A DNA stretch of 63,990 nt, counting the filler, from Ferroacidibacillus organovorans (GTDB taxonomy: Bacteria > Bacillota > Bacilli > Alicyclobacillales > SLC66), in NCBI RefSeq assembly GCF_001642725.1. It is 5 parts of 5 records of this genome, joined end to end, with 100 filler letters (N's around TTAATTAATTAA, not from the genome) between each part and the next. Parts side by side here need not be neighbours in the genome. Positions count along the whole stretch, not along the records: positions 15,467 to 29,539 come from NZ_LSUQ01000064.1; positions 29,640 to 43,630 come from NZ_LSUQ01000065.1; 3 more parts are not named here. The stretch is one strand, 5' to 3'. The stretch's first letter is position 1; the number at the start of each line of letters is the position of its first letter. The notes beneath the pieces were generated by a model that was not told the origin of the DNA, ran no database searches, and saw only the letters and a program-made list of their open reading frames with translations. The translations under genes and the position numbers were made by a program. This document shows, in pieces, positions 27,568 to 37,773 of this stretch.

Positions 27568-28437
27568 CTATAGATCGTAGTCTTTTCCTGCCGTGAACCC
27601 TCGCTTCCACTCGACAGGCGCCGTGTGATCAATCGGCCCGTGTCCCGCGCCGATGTCCCACTGCGCCGCCGCTGCGATGGCGTCATAGACATACCGCTTG
27701 GCCGTGCCGATCGCCTCGAGTTCGCTCATTTCGCGCGCCAAACATGCGGCGATCGCCGAGGAGAAAGTGCAACCCGTGCCGTGCGTTTTCTTTGACGGCA
27801 CACGGCGCGTGGCAAACGTCGTAAACGTCGCTCCGTCATACACAAGATCGCGCGCGCTGTTTTCGGGGGAGTCACCCCACGCGGCGTGTCCGCCTTTGAT
27901 GATCACGATGCGCGGTCCGCGTTTTTTCAATTGGATGGCCGCCTCTTTGGCATCCTCCATCGTGCGAATGGAGAAGCTGCAGAGCACCTCTGCCTCTGGT
28001 ACGTTTGGCGTAAGCACCGCCGCGAGGGGGAGGATCTCTGCGAGCAGCGCGTCCGTGCTGTCTACAGTGAGCAGCGGCGCGCCGCCTTTGGCCACCATGA
28101 CAGGATCGACGACCACGTTCTTGAGGTCTGCGCGACGGAGTTCTCGCGCCACCGTTTTTATCGTGGCAACGTTCGACAGCATTCCCACTTTGACAGAATG
28201 AGGTCGGATGTCTTCAAACACGGACTGCATCTGCCGTGCGATCACGTCGGTCGGCACGTCGTGAATCGCCTGCACGCCGCGCGTGTTCTGCGCGGTGACG
28301 GCGGTCACGCACGATGCGCCGAAGACGCCAAACGCGGTGAAGGTCTTTAGGTCAGCCTGAATGCCAGCGCCGCCGCCTGAGTCGGATCCGGCGATCGTCA
28401 GCGCGCGCGCCACGCTGTGGTCTGCTCGAAGGTGCAT
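27568..28437 (-). CDS. thiD: HMP/HMP-P kinase
   Basis: ALTIAGSDSGGGAGIQADLKT, DPVMVAKGG, HGTGCTFSSA. Confidence 0.96.
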   Translation of the reverse strand: MHLRADHSVARALTIAGSDSGGGAGIQADLKTFTAFGVFGASCVTAVTAQNTRGVQAIHDVPTDVIARQMQSVFEDIRPHSVKVGMLSNVATIKTVARELRRADLKNVVVDPVMVAKGGAPLLTVDSTDALLAEILPLAAVLTPNVPEAEVLCSFSIRTMEDAKEAAIQLKKRGPRIVIIKGGHAAWGDSPENSARDLVYDGATFTTFATRRVPSKKTHGTGCTFSSAIAACLAREMSELEAIGTAKRYVYDAIAAAAQWDIGAGHGPIDHTAPVEWKRGFTAGKDYDL

Positions 28438-28585
28438 CAAAGCTCACTCCATCTCTTGATGATCCGAAACGATTCCTCCCATGGATCGTATCACAAATGA
28501 AACGATCGCGTGGGCGGGTGTTTGTGTATGCTAATGAAGTGAGAAGGACGGGCAGTCACGCGCAACATGGGTGGAGTGATGGAAC

Positions 28586-29107
28586 ATGACGGAAAACCAA
28601 ATGGAAGCAAACCGTGACGAGGACATCGAACTTGTCATCACACGTGACTTTGCCGCGCCGCGAGCGAAGGTCTTTGCGGCGTTGACAGAAGCTGAGCATC
28701 TCAGGCATTGGTGGGGGCCGACGGGATTCACGATGGAAGTGGCGCGGGTTGATCTTAGGCCAGGCGGACTCTTTCACTATAAGATGAGTTCGCCGGATGG
28801 AAATGCGATGTGGGGGCGGTTTGTCTACCGGGAAATCAGCGCGCCAGAGAAGCTCATCTTTGTCAACGCCTTCTCTGACGAAGAGGGTGGCGTCGTTCGC
28901 GCACCTTTTCATCCTGCGTGGCCGCTTGAGGTCAGGAACACGCTTACGTTTATGGAGCGCAATGGCACAACCACGCTTGTCATGCGCGGAATTCCGGACG
29001 CCGGATCGCCCGAAGAGTTGCAGATCTTCAAAGAGGGGCACGAATTGATTCGACAGGGATTTTCGGGAACGCTCGATCAACTCGCGGATTATCTGACGAA
29101 GATCTGA
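28586..29107 (+). CDS. SRPBCC (Aha1-like) domain protein
   Basis: TRDFAAPRAKVF...WWGP.GF...DLRPGG. Confidence 0.9.
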   Translation: MTENQMEANRDEDIELVITRDFAAPRAKVFAALTEAEHLRHWWGPTGFTMEVARVDLRPGGLFHYKMSSPDGNAMWGRFVYREISAPEKLIFVNAFSDEEGGVVRAPFHPAWPLEVRNTLTFMERNGTTTLVMRGIPDAGSPEELQIFKEGHELIRQGFSGTLDQLADYLTKI

Positions 29108-29159
29108 CGGTTTCTACGCTTCGAAAGGATCGCATCTCGTGCTATAGTAGAGGTAGTTT

Positions 29160-29217
29160 GTGATTGCTGGGTTCAAAGTGGAGACCCGCCGCAGCCCTTC
29201 TTGGGTGCGGCCTTTTT
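29160..29217 (+). promoter_or_regulatory. Candidate HMP-PP (thiS-motif) riboswitch
   Basis: Hairpin GGGUUC-AAAGUGGA-GACCC whose loop GUGG can pair with CCGC in the 5' arm of the following terminator; lies between a SigA-like promoter (TTCGAA-17-TATAGT) and a thiamine gene. Confidence 0.7.
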
Positions 29218-29239
29218 ACGTTTGAGAGGAGTCTTTTTG

Positions 29240-29539
29240 TTGCGCGCAGTTCTACACATCATCAGTGACCAACAGCGTCACGCGCTCGCGCTTGAAGACG
29301 CACTGCTAGAGAGCGCGCAGGGAGGCGCCGATTTTCTGCAGATTCGCCAGAAAAAGGCGCCCGCCGCAGAGACGCACGACCTGGTGCGATCGCTCCAGGC
29401 GCGGCTCGCCGAACGCGCGGCGAAGGCGCGCATTCTGATCAACGACCGCGTCGACATTGCGCTGGCGACAGACGCGGCGGGGGTGCACCTCGCCACAAAA
29501 TCGCTGCCGATCGAAGCGGCTGTCACGCTGCGCGCGAGG
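29240..29539 (+). CDS. TenI/ThiE-like thiamine protein (truncated by gap)
   Basis: LHIISD, QIRQK, LINDRVDIA, GVHL; RBS GAGAGG and TTG start. Confidence 0.8.
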
Positions 29540-29639
29540 NNNNNNNNNNNNNNNNNNNNNNNNNNNNNNNNNNNNNNNNNNNNTTAATTAATTAANNNNN
29601 NNNNNNNNNNNNNNNNNNNNNNNNNNNNNNNNNNNNNNN
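29540..29639. other. Artificial contig linker
   Basis: N run with TTAATTAATTAA. Confidence 0.97.
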
Positions 29640-29666
29640 CTCTGATGCAACTGTGTAGGACAAAAG

Positions 29667-29694
29667 AAAAAGCACCGCGCGGGGTGCTTTTTTT
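29667..29694. terminator. Bidirectional intrinsic terminator after spoVM
   Basis: AAAAAGCACC-gcgcgg-GGTGCTTTTTTT. Confidence 0.8.
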
Positions 29695-29695
29695 G

Positions 29696-29770
29696 TTATC
29701 GTTTTACGCCAAGCAACGCTTTGACGATCCCTCCGAGAAAACGCGGCAGTTTAATTGTATAGAACCGCAT
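29696..29770 (-). CDS. spoVM: Stage V sporulation protein M (24 aa, not in ORF track)
   Basis: MRFYTIKLPRFLGGIVKALLGVKR with GGGGGAG RBS; canonical position downstream of rpe. Confidence 0.95.
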   Translation of the reverse strand: MRFYTIKLPRFLGGIVKALLGVKR

Positions 29771-29919
29771 GTTCTCCCCCCTTTTATTCATGGTAGTTGA
29801 GACACAACCATTCTATGCAGTGTCACTATAAGCCGCAGTCGCGACTAGTTGATGCATTTCTTATGATATGCCTTTGCACCACAGCGCGTGACATCCGTAG
29901 CGTGAACACAGGGTAAATG

Positions 29920-30573
29920 TTAGAATCCACGCAAATCTGTGATTCCTTCGAGAAAACTGGGAGCGCGAAAAATTGCCGAACCTGCAACAAGCACAGACGC
30001 ACCTGCGGCGATGCACGTTTTTGCAGTCTCCCCTGTTATCCCACCATCCACTTCAATGCGCACGTCAGTTCGTCCCATCCGCTCCAGCCACTTTTGTACA
30101 TTCTCAATCTTACGCACGACATGTGATAAAAATGACTGACCGCCAAAACCAGGATTCACCGTCATGATCAGTACGAGATCAATCACGTCAACAACATATT
30201 CGATACTCGACTCATGCGTTCCCGGATTGAGCGCAACGCCTGCTTTTGCCCCGAGTTGTCGAATCTGTGTCAGGGTTCGCTCAAGATGGTGACATGCCTC
30301 AACGTGAACCGTGATGATATCCGCACCCGCATCGCGGTATGCGATGATTTCCCGCTCAGGATTTTCTATCATCAGGTGAACGTCAAAGGGGCGTGTGGTG
30401 TGTGGCCGAATGGCCGAAATCACAGGCGGTCCAAACGTCAGATTGGGGACAAAATGTCCATCCATTACATCGATGTGAATCCAATCCGCGCCCGCTTCTT
30501 CTAAACGCACGACATCGCGTCCAAGATTCGCAAAGTCTGCGGATAAAATAGATGGCGCAACAAGGATAGACAA
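29920..30573 (-). CDS. rpe: Ribulose-phosphate 3-epimerase
   Basis: APSILSADF, HIDVMDGHFVPN, MTVNPGFGGQ, EVDGG. Confidence 0.97.
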   Translation of the reverse strand: MSILVAPSILSADFANLGRDVVRLEEAGADWIHIDVMDGHFVPNLTFGPPVISAIRPHTTRPFDVHLMIENPEREIIAYRDAGADIITVHVEACHHLERTLTQIRQLGAKAGVALNPGTHESSIEYVVDVIDLVLIMTVNPGFGGQSFLSHVVRKIENVQKWLERMGRTDVRIEVDGGITGETAKTCIAAGASVLVAGSAIFRAPSFLEGITDLRGF

Positions 30574-30575
30574 AC

Positions 30576-31493
30576 TTAATACCTCCTGTTTTTTGCATCC
30601 TTAACTTCCTGCAAGATTTGCCGATAACTGGCATAGCGGGTCGCCGCCAAACGTCCCTCCTCGCACGCATTGCGAACCGCACACCCGTCTTCCGTTTCAT
30701 GGAGACAGCCGCGAAACGCGCAGTGCAATGCTTCGGATTTGACATCCCTGAACAGATACTGAATTTGATCAGGCTCGAGCGACTCAAACGAGTATTGGGA
30801 AAACCCAGGGGAATCTGCGATAAAGCCATGCTCCGTTTGATAGAGTTCGACAAACGTCGTCGTATGTTTTCCGCGCAACCCCTTTTCGCTGATCGACCCG
30901 ACAGCCACATCAGCGCCAGGAACGACAAATCGTAAGATTGTAGATTTGCCAACACCTGAAAGTCCGGCGAGCACAGTAGTCTTATTTTTAAGATGTGCGG
31001 TTAACCGCTCACTTCCCATTCCCGCGCGCAGCGATAACGCGATCATCTCATAATGCATCGCTCGATAGACTGGCTCAATTTGCTGAAACACTTCGATCGC
31101 GCCGGGAAGTTCAGCTTTCGTTAACACCAGAAGAAGCGGAAGGTTTTGCTCTTCGACCATCGCGATCATCTTATCGAGCTGATAGAGTGAGAGTTCCGGT
31201 TCAATGAGCGACAGCACCACAAAAACCTGGTCGACGTTCGCGATGGATGGCCTCGTGAGTTCGTTGACGCGGGGCGCAATCTCAACGATCACGCCCTCTT
31301 TTGTACCTTGCGCCTCAACATTTACGCGATCACCGACGAGTGGTTTGACGCCACGTTTTTTAAAAATTCCTCGCGCTCGACACTGCAATGTAGCGCCTGT
31401 ATCTGTTTGAACATAATAGAATCCGGACACCGCACGAACAATTTTGCCTCTCATCCGAAAGTGCACACCCACTCTTTCACCAGATAGCTCCAT
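30576..31493 (-). CDS. rsgA: Ribosome small subunit-dependent GTPase (start may be 31454)
   Basis: CRARG, TKAE, GLSGVGKS, GKHTT, DSPG, C-x4-C-x-H-x5-C zinc finger. Confidence 0.96.
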   Translation of the reverse strand: MELSGERVGVHFRMRGKIVRAVSGFYYVQTDTGATLQCRARGIFKKRGVKPLVGDRVNVEAQGTKEGVIVEIAPRVNELTRPSIANVDQVFVVLSLIEPELSLYQLDKMIAMVEEQNLPLLLVLTKAELPGAIEVFQQIEPVYRAMHYEMIALSLRAGMGSERLTAHLKNKTTVLAGLSGVGKSTILRFVVPGADVAVGSISEKGLRGKHTTTFVELYQTEHGFIADSPGFSQYSFESLEPDQIQYLFRDVKSEALHCAFRGCLHETEDGCAVRNACEEGRLAATRYASYRQILQEVKDAKNRRY

Positions 31494-31499
31494 TCGCGC

Positions 31500-33461
31500 T
31501 TAACCAGTAGTACCATTTCCATTTCCTGAATTAGAGGAAACGGATTGACTCGACACGAGTTGACCGTTCTCATAGACATCCACTTCAGCCGCCTGTGTCG
31601 GCGTCGTCACAACATGTACTTGATACGTTGCCGACGGAGAATTTTGTGAAGCAGTCACCGGCGTGCTCGTTCCTGTCGCATCAATCACTACAATTTTCAC
31701 CTCAACCGGGAGAGGTGTCCCCGGTGTCAACGAAACGGTGACCGGGTATGTCGACGAAGATGTGCCTGACGGCACGCCCGAACTGACCACCAGCGCGACC
31801 GTTGATCCTGCAGAAGCCTGCTGACCTGGCGCCGGCGTCTGACTGATTACTTCATTTTGTGGAACAGAAAATGAACTGGTCGTCGTAACTTGCCCCAACG
31901 TGAACCCATCCGCTTTCAGTGCGGCTGTTGCCGTGCTAAGCGGTTTATTTACCACATCCGGCACCGCCGCAGACTGTGTGCCTGCGCTGACGACGAGCGT
32001 CACCTGCGTCGTGTTCGCATTCATTGCTGTGCCCGGGGCAGGGGTTGTTGAAATGACCTGATTGATCGGCACGCTAGCGCTCGACTGTTCGATGACGGTA
32101 ATGTGTCCCGTAGGGACGCTAAGATCGACCAGTTGGCTTTGAGCGATGCTTTGCAATAGTCCACTCAGTGAAGGCATCGTAATTTGTGCGCTACCCTCTT
32201 TAATCACGAGATGAATATCCGAGTTTGCCGGGATATTGCCAGGCGTGGGACTCTGGCTCTCCACTTGACCGATTTTTACCGTCGAAGTCGAATTCGTGTC
32301 AAAACTCTCGAGGATCTTCGACGACTGAAACCCTTTATTAAGTAGCGTGGTTCGCGCTTCCGAATAAGAAAGACCGACGACGCGCGGAAGCGCAATCGTG
32401 TTAACCCGCAAGACACTGGAAAAGAGCCACAGCGCTAGTAACACAGCGACCAAGGTGAGCCCACCAAAGAGAATGACCCATAGGAGGACGGTCAATACCT
32501 TTTTCCACCAAGGTTTCTTCCCGTCCACTTCTTCCACCGGGTTACTGCTCTCGATCGCTTTGAGAGGAAGTGGTGCAGCCCCCGCCTCCATCACTTGTTC
32601 TCTCGAAGCGGCCGCCACAGACACGAACTTTGGAACATCCGGCAAAAGCAGTCCGCGCTCTAGGTCATCCGCCATCTGTCGCACCGAAGGATAGCGCTGT
32701 TCAGGATCTTTCATCAACGCCTTTAAAACGATGTTCTCGATGCTCTGCGGAATGCGTGGGGAAAGATTGCGCGGTTCGACAAAATTCTCTTGGAGATGTT
32801 TAAGCGCAACACTGATCGGCGTCTCCCCGGAAAACGGCAATTGACCCGTAAGCATTTCGTAGAGTACGATGCCGAGCGAATAGACGTCTGACTTGACATC
32901 AGCCGTTGCACCGCGCGCCTGCTCAGGTGAGAAATAGTGCACCGAGCCGAGAACAGACGAGCTGTAATGCGTAATCGTATTCGTTGAAATGGCGCGGGCA
33001 ATACCAAAATCAGTAACTTTGACTCGCCCCGTCGTACTGATGAGAATATTATGTGGTTTAACATCTCTATGAACGATATGATGATCGTGCGCGTGCGCCA
33101 GAGCATCACAAATCTGTCGCGCGATCCCAACCGCCTCATCGATTGGAAGCGGCGCCCGCTCTTCAATCAACTGTTTAAGCGTTTTGCCCTCGACGTACTC
33201 CATAACGATATAGTGCGAGTCCAAATCCTGACCGACATCGTAAATATTCACGATATTCGGATGCGACAGACTGGCAGCTGCTTGCGCTTCGCGTTTAAAT
33301 CGCCTCACAAATTCTGCGTCTCCGACAAACTCAGGACGAAGCGTCTTTACAGAAACCGGCCTGTGTAGCAGCACATCAAGACCTCGATAGACGATTGCCA
33401 TGCCGCCGCCGCCAATGCGTTCGATGATCTGATAGCGGTCACCCAAAATCTTGCCAATCAT
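31500..33461 (-). CDS. prkC: PASTA-domain Ser/Thr kinase
   Basis: GGGGMA, HRDVKPHN, DFG; TM helix; three PASTA-like repeats. Confidence 0.96.
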   Translation of the reverse strand: MIGKILGDRYQIIERIGGGGMAIVYRGLDVLLHRPVSVKTLRPEFVGDAEFVRRFKREAQAAASLSHPNIVNIYDVGQDLDSHYIVMEYVEGKTLKQLIEERAPLPIDEAVGIARQICDALAHAHDHHIVHRDVKPHNILISTTGRVKVTDFGIARAISTNTITHYSSSVLGSVHYFSPEQARGATADVKSDVYSLGIVLYEMLTGQLPFSGETPISVALKHLQENFVEPRNLSPRIPQSIENIVLKALMKDPEQRYPSVRQMADDLERGLLLPDVPKFVSVAAASREQVMEAGAAPLPLKAIESSNPVEEVDGKKPWWKKVLTVLLWVILFGGLTLVAVLLALWLFSSVLRVNTIALPRVVGLSYSEARTTLLNKGFQSSKILESFDTNSTSTVKIGQVESQSPTPGNIPANSDIHLVIKEGSAQITMPSLSGLLQSIAQSQLVDLSVPTGHITVIEQSSASVPINQVISTTPAPGTAMNANTTQVTLVVSAGTQSAAVPDVVNKPLSTATAALKADGFTLGQVTTTSSFSVPQNEVISQTPAPGQQASAGSTVALVVSSGVPSGTSSSTYPVTVSLTPGTPLPVEVKIVVIDATGTSTPVTASQNSPSATYQVHVVTTPTQAAEVDVYENGQLVSSQSVSSNSGNGNGTTG

Positions 33462-34213
33462 GAACGGCTGTCCCTCCACACCGGCTCCCCGTCATGAAAA
33501 AGGGCGATTACCGTAATGTTGTCAGGCGCGCCTCGCGAGAGTGACATCTCAACGAGATGGTTTACCTGTTCATGGAGCGGGATGTCCGTCTGAAAACACG
33601 CCTCAATCTCCCGATCCATCATGCATGTCGTCAAGCCGTCACTGCACATGAGAAGTAAATCTCCTTCATGCCACTGCGTCGAGGCGCACTCCGCTTCTAC
33701 CGCGGGCAACGTTCCGAGCGCACGTGTCAATAAATGCCGCTGAGGATGGGAAAACGCTTCCTCTGCTGTAACCTGCCCTCGCCTTACAAGCTCATGAACG
33801 AGAGAGTGATCCTCCGTCAAGCGACGCAGTCCATAGGGCTTTGAAAACATGTAAATTCGGCTGTCACCCACATGCGCGTAGTGTACAGTCTCTGGCGTTG
33901 CATAGGTTGCAACCACCGTCGTACCCATTCCCGCGTATTCAATCACTTCACGCGATTTTTCATAAATTGCCTCATTTGCACGCATAATCGTCCATTTCAA
34001 TTGCGACGCCGGATCGGTAAATTCACCTGGTCTTGACAAGTGATCCCACATGATGTCAATGGCAAGCGCGCTCGCAACCTCTCCTGCTCGCTGCCCCCCC
34101 ATGCCGTCTGCAACAAGCGCGATACACTCCCGCTCTTCTCGCATGCGAATCAGGTACCCGTCCTGATTGCTCTTGCGCACGAGGCCTACGTGCGTTCTTG
34201 CGGCAAACTGCAC
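33458..34213 (-). CDS. prpC: PP2C-family Ser/Thr phosphatase
   Basis: VADGMGG, GMGTT, HVGDSR, CSDGL, DNIT. Confidence 0.95.
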   Translation of the reverse strand: MQFAARTHVGLVRKSNQDGYLIRMREERECIALVADGMGGQRAGEVASALAIDIMWDHLSRPGEFTDPASQLKWTIMRANEAIYEKSREVIEYAGMGTTVVATYATPETVHYAHVGDSRIYMFSKPYGLRRLTEDHSLVHELVRRGQVTAEEAFSHPQRHLLTRALGTLPAVEAECASTQWHEGDLLLMCSDGLTTCMMDREIEACFQTDIPLHEQVNHLVEMSLSRGAPDNITVIALFHDGEPVWRDSRS

Positions 34214-34325
34214 GGCGTTCACTCCCCAGAAAAATTCAGCAATGCATCTCATCTCGCGTGAATCGCATTCGCGCACTGCTCCGCATAGCCTCTTTCGCAT
34301 CCCTAATTATTGCGCGAGAAAAGTC

Positions 34326-35387
34326 TTACGGTGACACGAGTGCAGCGTTTTCACTCGCGTGTTCTGCGCGCAATTGACCGCAGGCAGCAGCGATATCTGA
34401 CCCCATCTCACGTCGCACCGTCGCCTTGATCGAGAGTCGCTCCAATTCCCTTGTAAAAGCGCGAATTTGCGCCTGCTCCGTCCGCTTCAAATCTCGCTCA
34501 GGAACATAGTTGACAGGAATCAAATTGACATGACACGGGAGCGTCGAGACAACTTCTGCCAAGCGCCTCGCATGTTCGAGTGAGTCATTCACATTGGCAA
34601 TCAACGCGTATTCAAAAGAGATTCTGCGTCCAGTCTCTCTGTAATAATAGTGACATGCTTCCATCAATTTGGCAATGTTGTACGCGCGATTGATCGGCAT
34701 CATCGAAGATCTCGTCGCGTCATCCGCCGCGTGGAGTGAGACGGCAAGCGTGATCCCGCGATGCTCATCAGCGAGCCGATAGATCGCAGGCACCAGACCG
34801 ACCGTTGAGATCGTGATGTGCCGTTGTCCGATCATCAAGCCCTCCGCATCTGTCACAAGATCGACAAAGCGAAGCGCCGCATCATAGTTTTCAAGCGGTT
34901 CCCCCGATCCCATCATAACAACACTCTTGACGCGCTCTCCCTCAAGATCGAGCATCCGCTGACACCAGATCAATTGCTCCACAATTTCTCCTGCGCGTAA
35001 ATGACGAATCAACCCGCCAAGCGTTGAGGCACAAAACGTGCATCCCATTTTGCAGCCAACCTGTGACGAGACGCAGACACTGACCCCGTAATCGTGGCGC
35101 ATGATGACCGTTTCAATCGTTGATCCGTCGGCAAGCGCAAACAAAAACTTGGTCGTTCCATCCTTTTTTGATATCTGACGCGTGACTTCGCGCAGCGAAG
35201 TGAGAACAAACGATTCAGCGAGTCGCTCTCGCAACGCTTTTGGAAGATCGGTCATCTCCGCAAACGCCGTGACCCGTCGCTGATAGATCCAGTGAAACAC
35301 TTGCGTTGCGCGATACGCAGGCTGTCCCTCTTCGCGCACCCACTGTTCGATCTGTTGGCGAGTCAAATCAAGAATGAGTGGTTTCAT
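34326..35387 (-). CDS. rlmN: 23S rRNA m2A2503 methyltransferase
   Basis: CVSSQVGCKMGCTFC, MGSGEPL, AACGQL. Confidence 0.97.
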   Translation of the reverse strand: MKPLILDLTRQQIEQWVREEGQPAYRATQVFHWIYQRRVTAFAEMTDLPKALRERLAESFVLTSLREVTRQISKKDGTTKFLFALADGSTIETVIMRHDYGVSVCVSSQVGCKMGCTFCASTLGGLIRHLRAGEIVEQLIWCQRMLDLEGERVKSVVMMGSGEPLENYDAALRFVDLVTDAEGLMIGQRHITISTVGLVPAIYRLADEHRGITLAVSLHAADDATRSSMMPINRAYNIAKLMEACHYYYRETGRRISFEYALIANVNDSLEHARRLAEVVSTLPCHVNLIPVNYVPERDLKRTEQAQIRAFTRELERLSIKATVRREMGSDIAAACGQLRAEHASENAALVSP

Positions 35388-35425
35388 GCAAATCCCCTCC
35401 CTTTCCATCGCGTCTCCATGCATTT

Positions 35426-36823
35426 TCATCGTTTGCGGAATCTCGCCACAAAAAAGCCATCCCCGCGATCTCGTTGCGGCAGCATGCGCACCCCGCCTGC
35501 AGGTGTGCGATACGAAAACGCCAATTCACCTTCCGCGATCCAATCGAGTTCAAGGTCTGAGCGTTTTGCAAGAATTTTTTCAATCTGCGCATCCCCTTCT
35601 GCGTGCGTCAACGTACACACAGAATAGACAAGGGTCCCACCCGCTCTCAAAAGATCTGCAGCGTGGTTTAACATGCTGTTCTGTAATTCCGCGAGAGAGT
35701 GCAGATCTTCTTTGTGAACCGTCCATTTTACATCCGGTTTGCGTGCAATCGTTCCCAGTCCAGAACACGGCGCATCAAGCAATATCGCGTCACAGTCCTT
35801 GTCAACGCTTAGAAAATCAGCGTTGATCACAGTGATGGAGTTTTTCCCGAGGCGTTCTACCTGATTTTGAATCATTTTTGCGCGATGCGCATGCACCTCA
35901 ACTGCAAAAATATTCGCTTGATCATCGCTCAGTTCAGCCAAATGAAGCGTTTTGCCACCCGGCGCGGCGCACGCATCAATGATCGTCATCCCCGCGCGCG
36001 GGCGCAACAGCGACGCGATTTTCATAGAAGACAACCCCTGATAGGAGGCTTCTCCACGCGCGATCACCTCTTGAATGGCGTCACGAACTCCCTCTTCAAT
36101 GAGAATGGCGGCAGGTATGCCACTCACCTCTGACACCACACACCCTGCGTCTCGAAGAATCTTTAAAACCTGATCGCGCGAAGCTTTTTTAAGGTTCACG
36201 CGAAGCGCAAGATGCTGACGATCATTCATTGCAGCGAGCGCCGCACGTCCATTCACGTCGCCAAGCGTCGAAAGAACTTCTTGCACCATCCACTCCTCAT
36301 ACGAGAGCCGGAGGCCAAGCGATTCGCGCGATGCATTCGCCACGTCCTCAAGGCGAAGGGGAAGCGGGAGATCTTTTGCTTTTTGAATCGCGCGAAGCAC
36401 TGCGTTCGCCATGCGATGCGCATGAAACGTGTGAATTCTCACAAGTTCAACCGCTTCAGAAATGGCAGCATAGTCAGGAATGCGATCCATCATCCGCATT
36501 TGATAGACTCCCATGCGCAGTGCGCACAAAACGGGGATATCCATTTTTTCTATGCGAACGCGCGCAAAGGGGCGAATCATCTCATCGAGCAATCGTTGCC
36601 ACTTCACGACGCCGCGTACCAATTCGGAGGTGAGCGCTGCATCTTGCGCGCTTTGATCCCTTTTATTCCACTGTTCCAAAAGTGCGAGATGCGTATACGT
36701 ACCTTTTTCCAAAATGGCGCACAACGCCTCAAACGCCGCAAGGCGGGCAGGCGATATCGGGCATTTGCCATTTTCATCACGCGAAGAGCGACGCGGCTTT
36801 TTAGAACCTTGTGAATGGCTCAT
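35426..36823 (-). CDS. rsmB: 16S rRNA m5C967 methyltransferase
   Basis: NusB-like N-terminus; DACAAPGGKT, DAPCSGLG, YSVCT. Confidence 0.95.
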   Translation of the reverse strand: MSHSQGSKKPRRSSRDENGKCPISPARLAAFEALCAILEKGTYTHLALLEQWNKRDQSAQDAALTSELVRGVVKWQRLLDEMIRPFARVRIEKMDIPVLCALRMGVYQMRMMDRIPDYAAISEAVELVRIHTFHAHRMANAVLRAIQKAKDLPLPLRLEDVANASRESLGLRLSYEEWMVQEVLSTLGDVNGRAALAAMNDRQHLALRVNLKKASRDQVLKILRDAGCVVSEVSGIPAAILIEEGVRDAIQEVIARGEASYQGLSSMKIASLLRPRAGMTIIDACAAPGGKTLHLAELSDDQANIFAVEVHAHRAKMIQNQVERLGKNSITVINADFLSVDKDCDAILLDAPCSGLGTIARKPDVKWTVHKEDLHSLAELQNSMLNHAADLLRAGGTLVYSVCTLTHAEGDAQIEKILAKRSDLELDWIAEGELAFSYRTPAGGVRMLPQRDRGDGFFVARFRKR

Positions 36824-37773
36824 TTCGCGATCTTTGTGAATTGCATTCCGAGAAGGTTTCTCTGTCCTTGTTGAAATTCGCGTCCCGATTGGATGACTTT
36901 CCCTTCAAGTTGCAAAGATTCTGCGATGATCGTCCCGCTTTTGCATGCAATGCGCGGACCCCTGTCTGTAAGCTCGATCACCGTTCCTGGCTGTGCTGCT
37001 CCGTCGACTCCTGCTTCGACCGTAGCATACCAGATTTTCAGCACTTTATCACCCACTTGCGTATAGGCGCCCGGGCGCGGTGCGAGCGCGCGAATCTGTT
37101 GCGTGACACGGATTGCGTCGAGTTCAAAATCGAGTTGTTCGTCCGCACGCGTGAGCACGGACGAAAATGTCACGCAAGCGTCTTCCTGCGGACGGGCTAC
37201 GATCACTTGATCAAGGATCAAAGGCAAAAGATCAACCAGGAGTTCAGCTCCTTTTTCGGCGAGGCGATCTTGTAGTTCACCATATGTGATCTGATCATCA
37301 ATGGGCAGGTATACCTTCCCCCACATCGCCCCCGCATCCATCGCTTTCACCATGTTCATCACCGTGACACCCGTGACGCTGTCGCCCTCGAGAATCGCGC
37401 GCTGGATAGGGGCGCCTCCCCGACGCTTTGGCAAAAGTGAGGCGTGAACATTGAGTGCGCCGTATTTCGGTAATGAGAGGAGCGCCTCAGGCAAAATTTG
37501 ACCATAAGCGGCCGTAATCAACAGCGTCGGATCAAATTGGCTGATTTCGTCTAGCATTGCGCTGTCACGAATGCGCACCGGTTGAAGCACAGGGATGCCA
37601 TAGGATTCTGCTGCGATCTTAACAGGTGGCGGCGTAAGAATGCGTTTGCGCCCAGTCGGACGATCCGGCTGGGTAACGGCCGCGACGACCGTTGCCCCAC
37701 GCTCAATCAGAGCACGAAGAATGGTGACCGAAAAACTCGTCGTGCCCATAAAGACAATGCGCGGTTCGTCCAA
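36820..37773 (-). CDS. fmt: Methionyl-tRNA formyltransferase
   Basis: IVFMGT, VTQPDRP, AYGQIL, NVHASLLP. Confidence 0.97.
   Translation of the reverse strand: MDEPRIVFMGTTSFSVTILRALIERGATVVAAVTQPDRPTGRKRILTPPPVKIAAESYGIPVLQPVRIRDSAMLDEISQFDPTLLITAAYGQILPEALLSLPKYGALNVHASLLPKRRGGAPIQRAILEGDSVTGVTVMNMVKAMDAGAMWGKVYLPIDDQITYGELQDRLAEKGAELLVDLLPLILDQVIVARPQEDACVTFSSVLTRADEQLDFELDAIRVTQQIRALAPRPGAYTQVGDKVLKIWYATVEAGVDGAAQPGTVIELTDRGPRIACKSGTIIAESLQLEGKVIQSGREFQQGQRNLLGMQFTKIAK

Noticed and set aside
28441..28585. Expected TPP riboswitch upstream of thiD-thiE
   Set aside because: No CUGAGA or ACCUGA...GGGA aptamer motifs on either strand.
29161..29217. preQ1-I riboswitch
   Set aside because: No A-rich 3' tail and the gene context is thiamine, not queuosine; the HMP-PP model fits better.
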